From IMG/VR virus record IMGVR_UViG_3300024503_000485, positions 62,001 to 126,000 of that record: a stretch of DNA of 64,000 nucleotides; one strand, 5' to 3'. The position numbers and the translations under genes were made by a program. This document shows, one piece after another, positions 18,403 through 29,031 of this stretch; positions within the stretch are counted from its first letter, which is position 1; every line of letters begins with the position of its first letter. The notes under the pieces were generated by a model that saw only the letters and a list, made by a program, of their open reading frames with translations, had not been told where the DNA came from and did not search any database.

Positions 18403-18679
18403 CGAACGCTTCAAACAGGAATATCAAAAATTTCAAGAAAGAATTTCTTTGGTAACTGATTCTGATCTACAGAAAAAAATGATCGACATGCTATTGACGA
18501 TCAAATCTAGAGTTCAAGCACTTGATCAACAGCATGATCATGTCTTTTTAACAGGCAAGGTTCCTAATGACATTACTGAAACTAGAAACGATCTAACCCA
18601 AGTAAGACGTGAGTTAGATCGTATGTTGACTAGTTGGGAATCTTCGATTAAGCCTGTGCCTCACCCCAACGAAGAATAA
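18383..18679 (+). CDS. Hypothetical helical protein
   Basis: 98 aa ORF converging on and overlapping the end of the 2153-aa gene. Confidence 0.55.
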   Translation: MMKIQNSERFKQEYQKFQERISLVTDSDLQKKMIDMLLTIKSRVQALDQQHDHVFLTGKVPNDITETRNDLTQVRRELDRMLTSWESSIKPVPHPNEE

Positions 18680-21600
18680 TTGATCCTGGCGTTGCGGTTC
18701 CTGTAACCTTATACACGTTAATAGCTAGTACGTCTGGCCCGTTCGGGAACGCACCTCTACCACCAATAGCTGTAGTTGTTAATTCTTTAAGTTCAGTTAA
18801 TGATATAGCTGTAGTGTTTCCTGGGTTAGCAACGAACGAGAATACCTGTTCACCCGGTAGCGCATACTGCGGATCACCAAACTGGAATGTAACCGTACCT
18901 GCTGCACTAATAGTTGCACTAGAAGTTTGTGTAAATGTAACACGCTGTACAATTGTTGTTCCTAATTGTCTTGATGTTACTGAACCTACAGAAGTACCAG
19001 CTGGGAATTGTGTATAGCTGGTTGCAATACGAGTTCCTACCGATGCACTTGATGCATTCCAAGTTGCTGATGTAAAGAACAAATAGTTAGTATTTGAGTA
19101 AGATGCTGCTGTACCTGCTGCCTGCACCGTTGTTGTTATGTTAGTGTTACCGGGAGATAAAGCATTACCATTGGCACTCATAACAATACGAGTATAAGCA
19201 GTTCCTGCAATAGTTACATATGAAGTAGTAACACTTGCTACGGTTTGACTACTAATAACATAAGTTGTAGCACTTAAAATATCACCAACTTGAAGTTTTG
19301 ATGCGGTATAATCTGCATTGGTTATTAAGAAATCGTTTCTAGCATTACTAAATGCACTAGCATAAGAAATAGATGCTGCGCTAGAAACGGTTATTGATAT
19401 ATTAGAACTTGCCGGACTGGTTGCGTTTGCACCAGAACTCATATCAATCCTAGTATAAATTGTTCCTAAATATCCTCTAGTAATACCGGATATAGATTGG
19501 CCACCGGTAATGTATGTTGCCGCTGCTAGTCGATCGCCAACACGTAATGGTGTTGTAGATAATAATGCATCATATGCAGTATTAAGAATATAGAACGTAA
19601 TGTTTCCTAACTGCAACGCATTAGCATATCCTGAAATTCCTGCAGGATTAGCAATAGCAGTAATTGTATTCGATACGGTAGTAAATCCTCTAGCACTAAT
19701 TGTTGTAGTTAATGCTCCTTGAACGGTAGCTGTTGTTGTAAACGGTGCAACACCACCCCAGTTAATAGAACCACCAAGTGCAATTTGTGCGAAGCTTGGT
19801 TGTCCACCAGATGCAGCACTGGATAAACCAGTCCAGGTAATCTTGGTAGGATCTGTTGGATAATTTCTTGGGTTTAAAATACCTTCAACAACAATAGCAC
19901 CCGTACCAGAGTCAGCAGTTAACGCAATTTCATTTAAGAGTAACTGCGCTCTGTTTAGCAGATCGCGTTCACCTAAATCTCCAACAATAGCGTTAGAAAC
20001 TGAAGGCGCTAGTCGAATCATAAATGCTGTTTGTTTTGATGTTGTAAAACTCAAACCAGTTGACGCATAGTTAAAAATGTAACCGCGGTCTGTATCAAAC
20101 ATACCGTCAGTTAGTAAAGCTGAACCCCAGTGACTAATTGTTGGGGTTGTTGTACAACTAATTAATTGAACTCCTGCATTTACTAAATGTGCTGCGGCTG
20201 TTCCTGCCGAGAAAGTTCTGTTTTGGCCTGCTGTAAAGGCTAAGAAAGAAGCATTTCTTGTACATCCTAGTAGTCTATTTCCAGATTTTCCAGAGTAAGA
20301 AATTAATTCGTTATCAACATATACGGTTCCAGTTGTTGGGAATCTTGATGCATCTGTAAGATCCATATAGTTTTGACCGGAATTCATAGCTGCTGATAAT
20401 TTGCTAACTGCTGATCTATTTTCAACTTCGTAGCGCACAGGCAAGTTAGCAGTACGCATATACGCTTCGGTATTTACGTTAGAGTTTCTTACCTTATGTA
20501 AGAATACAAATCTACCATCAGCTCCACGAAGCATCCATTCTACAAAACCAGCAGCATACCATGAGTATTGCATACCTAACATCTGCATACGCCATGGTAA
20601 CATTTCGTAACCACTTGGTCCTGTTCCGTCAATAGGATCAATGTTCCAGTCACGTTGAGGAATATACAATTCTGTAGTTACACAGACTCTTGCTCCTGTA
20701 ATAGAGTTTGCGCCGCGCCAGTCTGGAGCCATAGTCATTGATGTTTGACTTGCTATACTTGTTACAATATGGCTCATCCCACGAATAACAATTTTGTCTC
20801 CAACTTTTAATTGATCTTGGAACCTAGTATTTGTACCAGTTACGGTATTGCTGTCTAGTGTAATTGAAACGGTTCCTGTTAATTGGTTTGTACTTGATCG
20901 ACGAACCAACGCCATTTCTTGACCATCGTATTGATAGAATAAACCGTTTTGCTCATCAAATGCACCAATACGAACGGTTGATCCGTGCCAGCGTTTTAAA
21001 AGAACTTTGGCATCAGGTCCTAGTGTACCTGTGGTTGATGACAATGGTGCATTTGATCTAACACGGAATCTACGTGCATCAACAATACTTTCAACGGTAT
21101 AGTCACCATTAAATTCAAAATCTACCATACCAATAACTTCAATTTCTGCACCTGGTTGTAGTCCGTGGTCGTTGTCGTCACAGGTAAATGTAATATAACT
21201 ATTAATTACCGTGTCAGCTGCTGTAGCAGAGGCAAGTGTATAACTTGGTGCAAACAAACCACCGGTGGTATACATAATACCTTTACCAGATTGGTAACGA
21301 ATGTATTTTTTACTTTGACGAATTGCCTGTGCACCGTGACTTGGATTACCAGTACCTAGCTGAACACCGCCGTCAAATGGTCTATGTGTAAAGAAAGTAT
21401 CTGGACGAGCGTATAATACTCCGGTTAGTGCAGATGCTGAGGTATCGATTGTACCTGTTGTTCTAGCAGGAAATCTAATTTGAGTTGGTGTTGGAACTTG
21501 TGTTACTACATGAGGACCAGTTGCTAGTTGATGATTAGCTGATAACAAATCAATACTCATGGCGCTTGTACCGTTACCTACTACGGCAAATCTACCAATA

Positions 21601-24600
21601 CCTAAATATGTGGTATAGGCAATTTCTTCCCAAGTTGCTGTTCCTGTTGTAGTTCTTTCAGTAAATGAACCAGTTTCACCTGTAAATGATGTAAGTGCGC
21701 TGGTAGCACCGTCTGCAATAACAACAAAGTTGCTGTCACCGTAGGTACAATTATTCCAGTTTGCTCCAGAAGGTAATGTAACCGAAGTCCATGTTGTTCC
21801 AGTTGTTGAATAAGCTGCGGTTGCTGATCCTCTTGCTACTGCAAAGAATCTATTGTATCCGTAAGTTATTGAGCTCCATGTTGCTGAAGCAGGCAATGCT
21901 CCTGTAGCTGTCCATGTTAGTCCGTTATCAGCGGAATATGCTGCGGCTGTGCCGCCTGAAGCAATTGCCACAAAGTATGCTGACGATCCAATTAATCCTG
22001 CAGATACATCAGTCCATGTTGTCGAACTTGGTAATGCACCACCTGCTATCCAAGTTGCACCGTCTATCGAATATGCGGTTGCTGTGCCACCTGAAACAAT
22101 TGCTACAAAATATCCTCCATAGAATGATACTGATGACCAAGATCCGGAAGATGGCATTGTTGCAGCAGTCCATGTTGTGCCGCCGTTAGTAGAAAATGCT
22201 GCGGCTGTGCCTCCACTGGCAATTGCTACAAATACATCATTTGCACCAATGGTTCCTGCGGCTGTTGCAACCCAATTTCCGCTCGAAGGCAACGCTCCGC
22301 CTGCGCTCCATGATTGTCCATCTGTTGATCTTGCGGTGTTTGCAGAAGAACTACCTGTTGCAATGAACACGCCATTAAGAGCTGAAGTGCTTGACCATGT
22401 AATTGAAGTTGGTAACGTTCTTGCTGTAGCAGTAAATCCCGGTGCTGGCTGTGATGAAATACTTGTTAAAATTGTAGTGCCTGGCAATAATCCGTGATTA
22501 CTTGCAAAATCAACCTGAACGGTTGCAATAGCACCAACACTTAATGTTGTTCCGTCTGGAATTGCGCCAGTTAATGCTTCACTGATTGTTAATGTTGGAT
22601 AAACAGAAACCGTATCTCCTGCATAAGGAGTACCTGATGCAGATACTGCGCCAATTGTTCCTCCACCAGCCGAGGTAACGGTTAATATACAATCATTAGT
22701 AGTCGACGATCCATCTAAACTTGAACCAGAAATTAAAATTCTATTTCCTACATTATAACCTGATCCACCTGCACCTACACCAGCACTAACTACCGCTGAA
22801 TAAACACCATCTGTTCTTGTAACATCAAATATTGCGCCTACGCCTGATACAAGTTCATTTGTAGCTGAAGTAATGTTATAACTAGCATCGCCTGTTGCAC
22901 CAACGGGTGTTCCAATAAGTGTGTAGTCAACAATGCCGCCGGCAGTGACTCCATCTACACTAATTGTAATATCGTTATCTGGGCTTACACCGCCTAGGTC
23001 TGTTCCTGCCCATGTTACAAAATCTCCTTGAGCGTAATTATTACCCGGTGTTGAGAGAGTAATCTGATAAGCACCAGTACCACCTGTTCTTACAACATTA
23101 ATTTGAGCACCATTACCTGCGCCAGTTGTTGAAGATTGATTAATTGCAGTATATGTACCGCCGCCTGATATTCCTGTTCCAGAATATGTAAATCCAGTAA
23201 CACCTCCCTGACTATCTACACTAGATACGGTAACAATAATATCGTTGTCTGGGCTTGTGCCGCCTAGCGATGTTCCGAGAATTACAATTCTGTCTCCAAC
23301 AACATATCCGTCTCCGTTAATTGTACTATCGCCTAAGTCAGTTACGGTATAGACACCACCGGATCTTGAAACAGCAAAATGAGCATTTGCTCCTGTGCTT
23401 TGAATATTTGTTCCGGTAACTGCAAGGTTAGATCCGTTAGCACCTAATTTAGTTAAGCCTAAGGCTGCGGATAAGTCTACTTGATTTCCGCCAATTGCAT
23501 TAATAACTAACGCTGCACCAGAACCACTTGAAATAACCATGCCCTGTTGAACGCCTGTTAAATCAACTAATTCAATTGATGTGTCTGCAGGAGTTGTACT
23601 TTCTTTATATCTTGCAGTAACCGTTCCAGAACCAATAACACCAGATACAGATGTACCCGCAGCAATATTTGGAGATCCTGAAATTGGTGATCCAATGGTT
23701 GGACTAGTTCCGTTGAACGCTATTTGATATGATCCAGATGCTGTTGTAAATTTTGAGCTTACACTTAGGGTTGATCCGTTGCTATACACAGAAAACGTTG
23801 GTTGTCCAATTGATGCTCCGGTATAAAAACCTGCTTGTCTAATCTGAGCAAAACTTGTAAACAGACTTTCTCCGTTAGTTGTTCCTACTTTAGCACTTGC
23901 ATAATATGTAAATGACACAGAACTCGGTACACTATAAACTAAGAATGAACCTTCTGCACGAGCAAAACCGCTAACATTCGAACTAAGACCTTTTACCGTA
24001 ATAGGTTGTTGTACGCTAAAACCGTGAGCTCCGGTTGTTGTTACCGTAATTAAAGAAGAACCAAAATAACCAGTATTAATTGATGCATCTGTGGTTATAG
24101 CTGAAACACTTAGGTCAGTTCCAGGCACTTCGTAAATAGAAGGATACATTCGAATTAAACCTAGTGCCTGCCATTTAGTAGGTTGTAATCCGTACTCAAA
24201 GTCAGCGTCAAGCATGGCCTGCGGAGCAGCAACACGCATACGTTCAATAGCATCTGTACCAAATTGCCAAGGTCTAATTGTTTGGTATTCTTCTTCAACA
24301 AATATTTGTAGATTTGCCGATGATGTTAAATTTGATGTATCGTGAGACAAATAAATTGTAGTGATAGTATCAGTTGTTTGAAACCATGTTCTAAAATCAA
24401 CATCACTTAATAAGTTACCGTCACCGCTAGAACGTCCTTGTTTATATTCTACAGATAATGTTTCTGTGGCGTCGGCAAAATTATAGATAATTTCACCGTC
24501 GTCTACATTAGTAATTAACAATAATTCATCTGGTGTAAATTTTCCTAATAGTCTAATAGAACTTACACCTGGAATCTTCGATGGCATTGCAGGAATACCG

Positions 24601-25109
24601 TCCTCGATAACCGAGCTGAATACATTCCATAATGCTGTATTGGCAGAATCTGCTCCTTCTTCGGCAGGTGCAGAAGGATATTTAATTTGAACGGTTACAT
24701 TACCATATGATGGTGCAACCGTTTGATTTGTAAAAATATAATCATTAATAACATCTCTTAGATATTGTTGACCTGTTATCTCTGGGCTAACATCGCCTCG
24801 AATTTGAGGTTCGCCGTTAATCCAAAAATAATCTGCAACTTGACGACATTTAACATTCCCGCCATATCTTAAATCGTGTATTATCGAATCAATAAAATAT
24901 CCAACGTCTCTAAAACATTTGTCTGATGCATAAGAGTAACCAGAGTAAGGTGCAATATTATTAGTAATTTGATTATTAATAAACGCAACTACTTGATTTT
25001 GTAAAAATGTTTTATTTGCTGTTAGTAATGCTACCGCATTAGGAAACAGGTTATCATTTTTACTAATCCCCGGTTCAAAAATATATTTTTTTATCTGTCG
25101 TTTTGCCAT
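18648..25109 (-). CDS. Large virion structural/fibre protein (2153 aa) with beta-propeller-type repeats
   Basis: S/T/G-rich; DADFEYGLQPTKW and YIRYQSGKG blocks; repeated W..(V/I)..G...FVA....AAYS.DG.TW. Confidence 0.75.
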   Translation of the reverse strand: MAKRQIKKYIFEPGISKNDNLFPNAVALLTANKTFLQNQVVAFINNQITNNIAPYSGYSYASDKCFRDVGYFIDSIIHDLRYGGNVKCRQVADYFWINGEPQIRGDVSPEITGQQYLRDVINDYIFTNQTVAPSYGNVTVQIKYPSAPAEEGADSANTALWNVFSSVIEDGIPAMPSKIPGVSSIRLLGKFTPDELLLITNVDDGEIIYNFADATETLSVEYKQGRSSGDGNLLSDVDFRTWFQTTDTITTIYLSHDTSNLTSSANLQIFVEEEYQTIRPWQFGTDAIERMRVAAPQAMLDADFEYGLQPTKWQALGLIRMYPSIYEVPGTDLSVSAITTDASINTGYFGSSLITVTTTGAHGFSVQQPITVKGLSSNVSGFARAEGSFLVYSVPSSVSFTYYASAKVGTTNGESLFTSFAQIRQAGFYTGASIGQPTFSVYSNGSTLSVSSKFTTASGSYQIAFNGTSPTIGSPISGSPNIAAGTSVSGVIGSGTVTARYKESTTPADTSIELVDLTGVQQGMVISSGSGAALVINAIGGNQVDLSAALGLTKLGANGSNLAVTGTNIQSTGANAHFAVSRSGGVYTVTDLGDSTINGDGYVVGDRIVILGTSLGGTSPDNDIIVTVSSVDSQGGVTGFTYSGTGISGGGTYTAINQSSTTGAGNGAQINVVRTGGTGAYQITLSTPGNNYAQGDFVTWAGTDLGGVSPDNDITISVDGVTAGGIVDYTLIGTPVGATGDASYNITSATNELVSGVGAIFDVTRTDGVYSAVVSAGVGAGGSGYNVGNRILISGSSLDGSSTTNDCILTVTSAGGGTIGAVSASGTPYAGDTVSVYPTLTISEALTGAIPDGTTLSVGAIATVQVDFASNHGLLPGTTILTSISSQPAPGFTATARTLPTSITWSSTSALNGVFIATGSSSANTARSTDGQSWSAGGALPSSGNWVATAAGTIGANDVFVAIASGGTAAAFSTNGGTTWTAATMPSSGSWSSVSFYGGYFVAIVSGGTATAYSIDGATWIAGGALPSSTTWTDVSAGLIGSSAYFVAIASGGTAAAYSADNGLTWTATGALPASATWSSITYGYNRFFAVARGSATAAYSTTGTTWTSVTLPSGANWNNCTYGDSNFVVIADGATSALTSFTGETGSFTERTTTGTATWEEIAYTTYLGIGRFAVVGNGTSAMSIDLLSANHQLATGPHVVTQVPTPTQIRFPARTTGTIDTSASALTGVLYARPDTFFTHRPFDGGVQLGTGNPSHGAQAIRQSKKYIRYQSGKGIMYTTGGLFAPSYTLASATAADTVINSYITFTCDDNDHGLQPGAEIEVIGMVDFEFNGDYTVESIVDARRFRVRSNAPLSSTTGTLGPDAKVLLKRWHGSTVRIGAFDEQNGLFYQYDGQEMALVRRSSTNQLTGTVSITLDSNTVTGTNTRFQDQLKVGDKIVIRGMSHIVTSIASQTSMTMAPDWRGANSITGARVCVTTELYIPQRDWNIDPIDGTGPSGYEMLPWRMQMLGMQYSWYAAGFVEWMLRGADGRFVFLHKVRNSNVNTEAYMRTANLPVRYEVENRSAVSKLSAAMNSGQNYMDLTDASRFPTTGTVYVDNELISYSGKSGNRLLGCTRNASFLAFTAGQNRTFSAGTAAAHLVNAGVQLISCTTTPTISHWGSALLTDGMFDTDRGYIFNYASTGLSFTTSKQTAFMIRLAPSVSNAIVGDLGERDLLNRAQLLLNEIALTADSGTGAIVVEGILNPRNYPTDPTKITWTGLSSAASGGQPSFAQIALGGSINWGGVAPFTTTATVQGALTTTISARGFTTVSNTITAIANPAGISGYANALQLGNITFYILNTAYDALLSTTPLRVGDRLAAATYITGGQSISGITRGYLGTIYTRIDMSSGANATSPASSNISITVSSAASISYASAFSNARNDFLITNADYTASKLQVGDILSATTYVISSQTVASVTTSYVTIAGTAYTRIVMSANGNALSPGNTNITTTVQAAGTAASYSNTNYLFFTSATWNASSASVGTRIATSYTQFPAGTSVGSVTSRQLGTTIVQRVTFTQTSSATISAAGTVTFQFGDPQYALPGEQVFSFVANPGNTTAISLTELKELTTTAIGGRGAFPNGPDVLAINVYKVTGTATPGSIILRWGEAQA

Positions 25110-25119
25110 TTAATTTTCC

Positions 25120-25713
25120 TTATGCTCCAAATGCAATTGCAAAAGCAGTTACACGAGAGTCTACGTAATCTTTTCTTGTTGCATGATTATTTGCAGTAGG
25201 AGATGCACCCAATGTTACTACTCCTGTTATAGCAGTAGTTCCAGATACTTCTAAATCTTCTACGCTTGCTATACCCTGCACGGTTAGTTCTCCGGAACTA
25301 TCTCCGGGACCAATGTTTACTGATTTAAAATTTGCGTCGGCTGGTTCTCTTAACCCAATATCAATATTGTCTATTGAGCCAACATCATTGGCACTTTGTA
25401 TAAAAACGTTTCCGTTAACAATATTGATATAAGGAGTTGATCCTTGTGCGACCGTAAAATCGCCGTCAATATTTAAAAATTCAAGTGTTCCTACACGAGT
25501 TAGATAGCTGTATCTAATAATTTCAGAAAGAGAAATTGTTGAGTCAGATGCATCAATAACTGGGATTCCGTTAATTTCAAAATCACCGGTTGTACTAATG
25601 TTTCCAGATACGGTAATTGAGCCGGTTACGATTAGGTCCCCCAGTTCATTGACTAGAAAACCCGGGCTTTTAAAGCCGCTTTTTGATTCAAATGGTATGT
25701 AAGTTACTGACAT
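25120..25713 (-). CDS. Tail fibre-associated structural protein
   Basis: Beta-helix-like G/V/T repeats; HATRKDYVD motif; ends AFAIAFGA; perfect TATAAATA at 25768-25761. Confidence 0.65.
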   Translation of the reverse strand: MSVTYIPFESKSGFKSPGFLVNELGDLIVTGSITVSGNISTTGDFEINGIPVIDASDSTISLSEIIRYSYLTRVGTLEFLNIDGDFTVAQGSTPYINIVNGNVFIQSANDVGSIDNIDIGLREPADANFKSVNIGPGDSSGELTVQGIASVEDLEVSGTTAITGVVTLGASPTANNHATRKDYVDSRVTAFAIAFGA

Positions 25714-25778
25714 AAAGCCCTCGCTATCCCCCCGACTTCAACTGCTACAAAGACTATGTGTATTTATACGCAGCTTGA

Positions 25779-26216
25779 TTAAACTCTTGTAAGGTCGTTT
25801 AGGCTGTAAAAATAAGTGGCACTAAAAATCAACTTACCGCCTAATAAAAGGCTGGAATTGTCGTAAGTAGAACCGTCTGGACTAGACGCTGGCTGCGCCT
25901 TTAACTGAAGTTTTGACTCTGAAATTGTAGCTGTAATTTCCACTAAATTTTCGTTGATATTAGTTCTGCCGTAGATTGTAATATCTGCTTTACCCGATCC
26001 TGCAACCACCAAACATTTAATCATTTCTTTTCTAATATTGCTAACATCAACAACAATAGTGTACTCTGCCGCGGCAAAATCCCCAACATACCATTCGTCA
26101 ATTAGGGTATCTGACGTAACTGGTATCCAAGGTCCTTTGTAGGAGAAATTAACTCCGTTTTGTAATCTTAGAGTATTTTTTAAACCACGTAGAAAGTATT
26201 TTGCAAAATTTAGCAT
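25779..26216 (-). CDS. Hypothetical virion protein
   Basis: 145 aa beta-rich; resembles the C-terminal domain of 51537-52424 (ITIYG vs VTAYG). Confidence 0.55.
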   Translation of the reverse strand: MLNFAKYFLRGLKNTLRLQNGVNFSYKGPWIPVTSDTLIDEWYVGDFAAAEYTIVVDVSNIRKEMIKCLVVAGSGKADITIYGRTNINENLVEITATISESKLQLKAQPASSPDGSTYDNSSLLLGGKLIFSATYFYSLNDLTRV

Positions 26217-26238
26217 AGTAGTGTATTTATCAGATAGT

Positions 26239-26261
26239 AAAAAAGCCCCTTTCGGGGCTTT
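26239..26261 (-). terminator. Intrinsic terminator after carbamoyltransferase
   Basis: AAAGCCCC-GAAA-GGGGCTTT plus U tract. Confidence 0.85.
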
Positions 26262-26263
26262 GT

Positions 26264-28090
26264 TTATTTGTTAGCAATTTTAACTAGTTTGCCATATTCT
26301 GGCAAATATAGATACTCAATTTCGGACTGCTGTAAGGTCCACAAAGCATCTTCTAGTGTTTCGACTAACGGTTCACCGCCCAAGTTAAAGCTAGTATTGA
26401 ATAAAATAGGAATTCCTGTTTCTTCTTTAAATGCTTTAATTAGATTATAATAGTGTGTATTTTGCTCTTCTGTAACCGTTTGGATTCGACAAGTTCCGTC
26501 TACGTGAATAATACTTGGAATCTTTTCAGCAACTCCCGGTTGACAATTTACAGCATACATCATAAATGGGCTATCTTTCATCCCTCGAAGATCAAACCAC
26601 TCGTGTACATCATCTTGTAAAATTGTACCAGCAAATGGTCGGAAATATTCACGACGCTTAACCGTATTGACAAAATCCTTACCATCTTCAAATGTTGGAT
26701 CAAAGAGTACTGAACGATTTCCTAGGGCACGTGGACCGTTTTCCGAGCGTCCTTGGAAAATTGTAACAATATTTTTGTCACGTAACAGCTTAACAATATC
26801 TTTGTGTGTAGCGTCAGTAAGTTCTCCACCAAAATCTTCAACTTGTTTTTTAATTTCTTCGTTGGTGTAAGATTGTGGTGGTCCGAGATAAAGTGTTGTA
26901 CCTGGACGAATAGTTTCGTCATCTTGCATACCGTACCAGAACATGAGTGCTGCACCGATAGCAGTTCCAGCATCATTACTAATTGGTTCTACATAAATTT
27001 CAATACCGTCATTTTTTAGTGCTTCTAGGTAATGATAATTTGCTACACAATTAAGACCATATCCGCCGCTGATCACAACACGATTTTTTCCGCTTTTTTC
27101 AACAGCTTTTCTAATTAATTTTACTACTTGTTCTTGAGTTTGTGTTTGAACAGCATATGCTAAGTCTCGACGACTTTGCAGATACGTAACATCATCGGTT
27201 GGGTCTGCTGGGTACTCGTCAAGTTCGTCAAATAGTTGAGCATTAACCATTCCACTCATTGGATATTTTGGAACAATCACGTTTCTGTCTGTCAATGGAA
27301 TCCGTGATCTTTCATCAAATAATGGAGGAATTTTATCATTTGGTTTACCATACGGGAACAATCCCATGGTTTTGCCTGCTTCAATTGCAGAAAATCCACA
27401 ATACTCAGTTACTGCTTCATAGGCCTTAACAATACCTGCATGATCAGTAATCCATGCTTCATGGGTATCACCGTCTTCTCCTATTGCATTACTTGGAAAT
27501 TCTGGCGCATAATTAGCGGCTACTGCATCTCTTGCACCATAATGCTTATACAATGTTTTAAAATTTGCAGGATAATCGCAATCAACAATAGATTCGACTT
27601 CCCAAACCCAAATTCCGTTATCCCCGTAACTCATTGGATAAAATGTTCCTGCACCGTCAACAACTAACGAAACGGCATCTTTCCAACCCGAACGATAAAA
27701 TGCGCAGGCTGCGTGTAGTTTGTGGTGCATAAAACTTAGGTCAATAACCTGAGGATGGCGATGCAGGTCGGGAACTTTACGATTAATCAAACCTAATTTT
27801 CTTGCTAGGCCTGTATAAACGTCATCGCCTGTATAATCAACTTTACCTGCTGTTTCATACAAGTTCTGAGTATGTGCAATAATCAAATAATCTAACTTAT
27901 CTGTGTATTCTAAAATCTTTACCATTGAAGCAAACGGACCGCCATCGTATTTTTGACGACTTAGACGTTCTTCTTCAATGCTAAAAACAATTTCTCCATC
28001 TTTTAAAAGACACACTCCTGAGTTATGTCCTCGTGCAATAGCAGCAATCCAAACTGGTTTATCTGATTTACTAATTGATTTTACGGTCAT
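26264..28090 (-). CDS. O-carbamoyltransferase, CmcH/NodU/TobZ family
   Basis: EEERLSRQK, HHKLHA, VVDGAG, GKTMGL.PYG, SGGYGLNCVAN, DAGTAIGAA, GPRALGNRS, KRREYFRPFA, HVDGTCRIQTV, NTSFNLGGEPLV. Confidence 0.93.
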   Translation of the reverse strand: MTVKSISKSDKPVWIAAIARGHNSGVCLLKDGEIVFSIEEERLSRQKYDGGPFASMVKILEYTDKLDYLIIAHTQNLYETAGKVDYTGDDVYTGLARKLGLINRKVPDLHRHPQVIDLSFMHHKLHAACAFYRSGWKDAVSLVVDGAGTFYPMSYGDNGIWVWEVESIVDCDYPANFKTLYKHYGARDAVAANYAPEFPSNAIGEDGDTHEAWITDHAGIVKAYEAVTEYCGFSAIEAGKTMGLFPYGKPNDKIPPLFDERSRIPLTDRNVIVPKYPMSGMVNAQLFDELDEYPADPTDDVTYLQSRRDLAYAVQTQTQEQVVKLIRKAVEKSGKNRVVISGGYGLNCVANYHYLEALKNDGIEIYVEPISNDAGTAIGAALMFWYGMQDDETIRPGTTLYLGPPQSYTNEEIKKQVEDFGGELTDATHKDIVKLLRDKNIVTIFQGRSENGPRALGNRSVLFDPTFEDGKDFVNTVKRREYFRPFAGTILQDDVHEWFDLRGMKDSPFMMYAVNCQPGVAEKIPSIIHVDGTCRIQTVTEEQNTHYYNLIKAFKEETGIPILFNTSFNLGGEPLVETLEDALWTLQQSEIEYLYLPEYGKLVKIANK

Positions 28091-29022
28091 TCTTTTTTCC
28101 CTAATACGTGATTTACTACTAGTGTAGTTATGTCTTCGTTCATAGACATAATGTTTTCGTTTGATCTATTAATTCTTTCATCTGGGAAGATTCTAATAGG
28201 ATCGTATTCTCTGTTTACTTCTCCCATATCTAAAATATCAAAGTCAGGGCAGTTAGGGAACGATACGTTAATAGGGAAAGTCCCGCCAGTTACTACAACT
28301 GCTTCTTTATTCATAGAATATGCTAAATGCTGGCCCAAGCTATCGCAACCTAAAAACTTATCTGCATATTTGATAACTGCGGCCCACACTCTAATGTTTA
28401 CATTTTCTGGTACAGCAACTTCGTCTTTAAGTTTTGCATCAGAAAAATCAACTTTAAATTCGCTCATCATAATAACACCAAAGTCATTATTTTGCAATTT
28501 TTTAACAATTGATTTAACATCACGTAATTCAAAACTTCTTGAAGTTCTGTCAATTAGTGTTTCGTCGATGTATTCAATACCACGACCAAAAGGTTGAAAC
28601 ACAACTACTTTTTCTTTTTTAAGTTTTTTCTTAACATCACTGACCATTTGTCGGCCATATAGCATTTCTTCTTTGCTTAGACGCAGGGTTGGTCTAGGAA
28701 GATCTCTAATACCTTTATTGTTAACTTGAATGTCAAACGCTTGTGCAATTGAACATTGTTGATTGTAATATTCCCAAATTCTATATGGTTCTGTGGTAAC
28801 AATTTCGCGATCTTTTAAATAATCTTTAAAAAGATTTTTATGCCATACATCGTATGTTCTATTATCAAGGGTAGGATGACCCTTAAAAATATCTGTTCCA
28901 CCTTCGCAGACAATAATAAAATCTTTATCGTCTGATTCTTTTTCATATAGTTCAAAAGCAGGAATAGATGCAATCATTCTACCTGCTCCACCGTTAATAA
29001 AAAATGCTTTGGATCTGCTCAT
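28087..29022 (-). CDS. GT9 (heptosyltransferase)-like GT-B glycosyltransferase
   Basis: NGGAGR.IASIPA N-terminus, VVFQPFG, and AAVIKYADKFLGCDSLGQHLA...VVVTG GT9 signature. Confidence 0.75.
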   Translation of the reverse strand: MSRSKAFFINGGAGRMIASIPAFELYEKESDDKDFIIVCEGGTDIFKGHPTLDNRTYDVWHKNLFKDYLKDREIVTTEPYRIWEYYNQQCSIAQAFDIQVNNKGIRDLPRPTLRLSKEEMLYGRQMVSDVKKKLKKEKVVVFQPFGRGIEYIDETLIDRTSRSFELRDVKSIVKKLQNNDFGVIMMSEFKVDFSDAKLKDEVAVPENVNIRVWAAVIKYADKFLGCDSLGQHLAYSMNKEAVVVTGGTFPINVSFPNCPDFDILDMGEVNREYDPIRIFPDERINRSNENIMSMNEDITTLVVNHVLGKKE

Positions 29023-29031
29023 TTAAACTCC

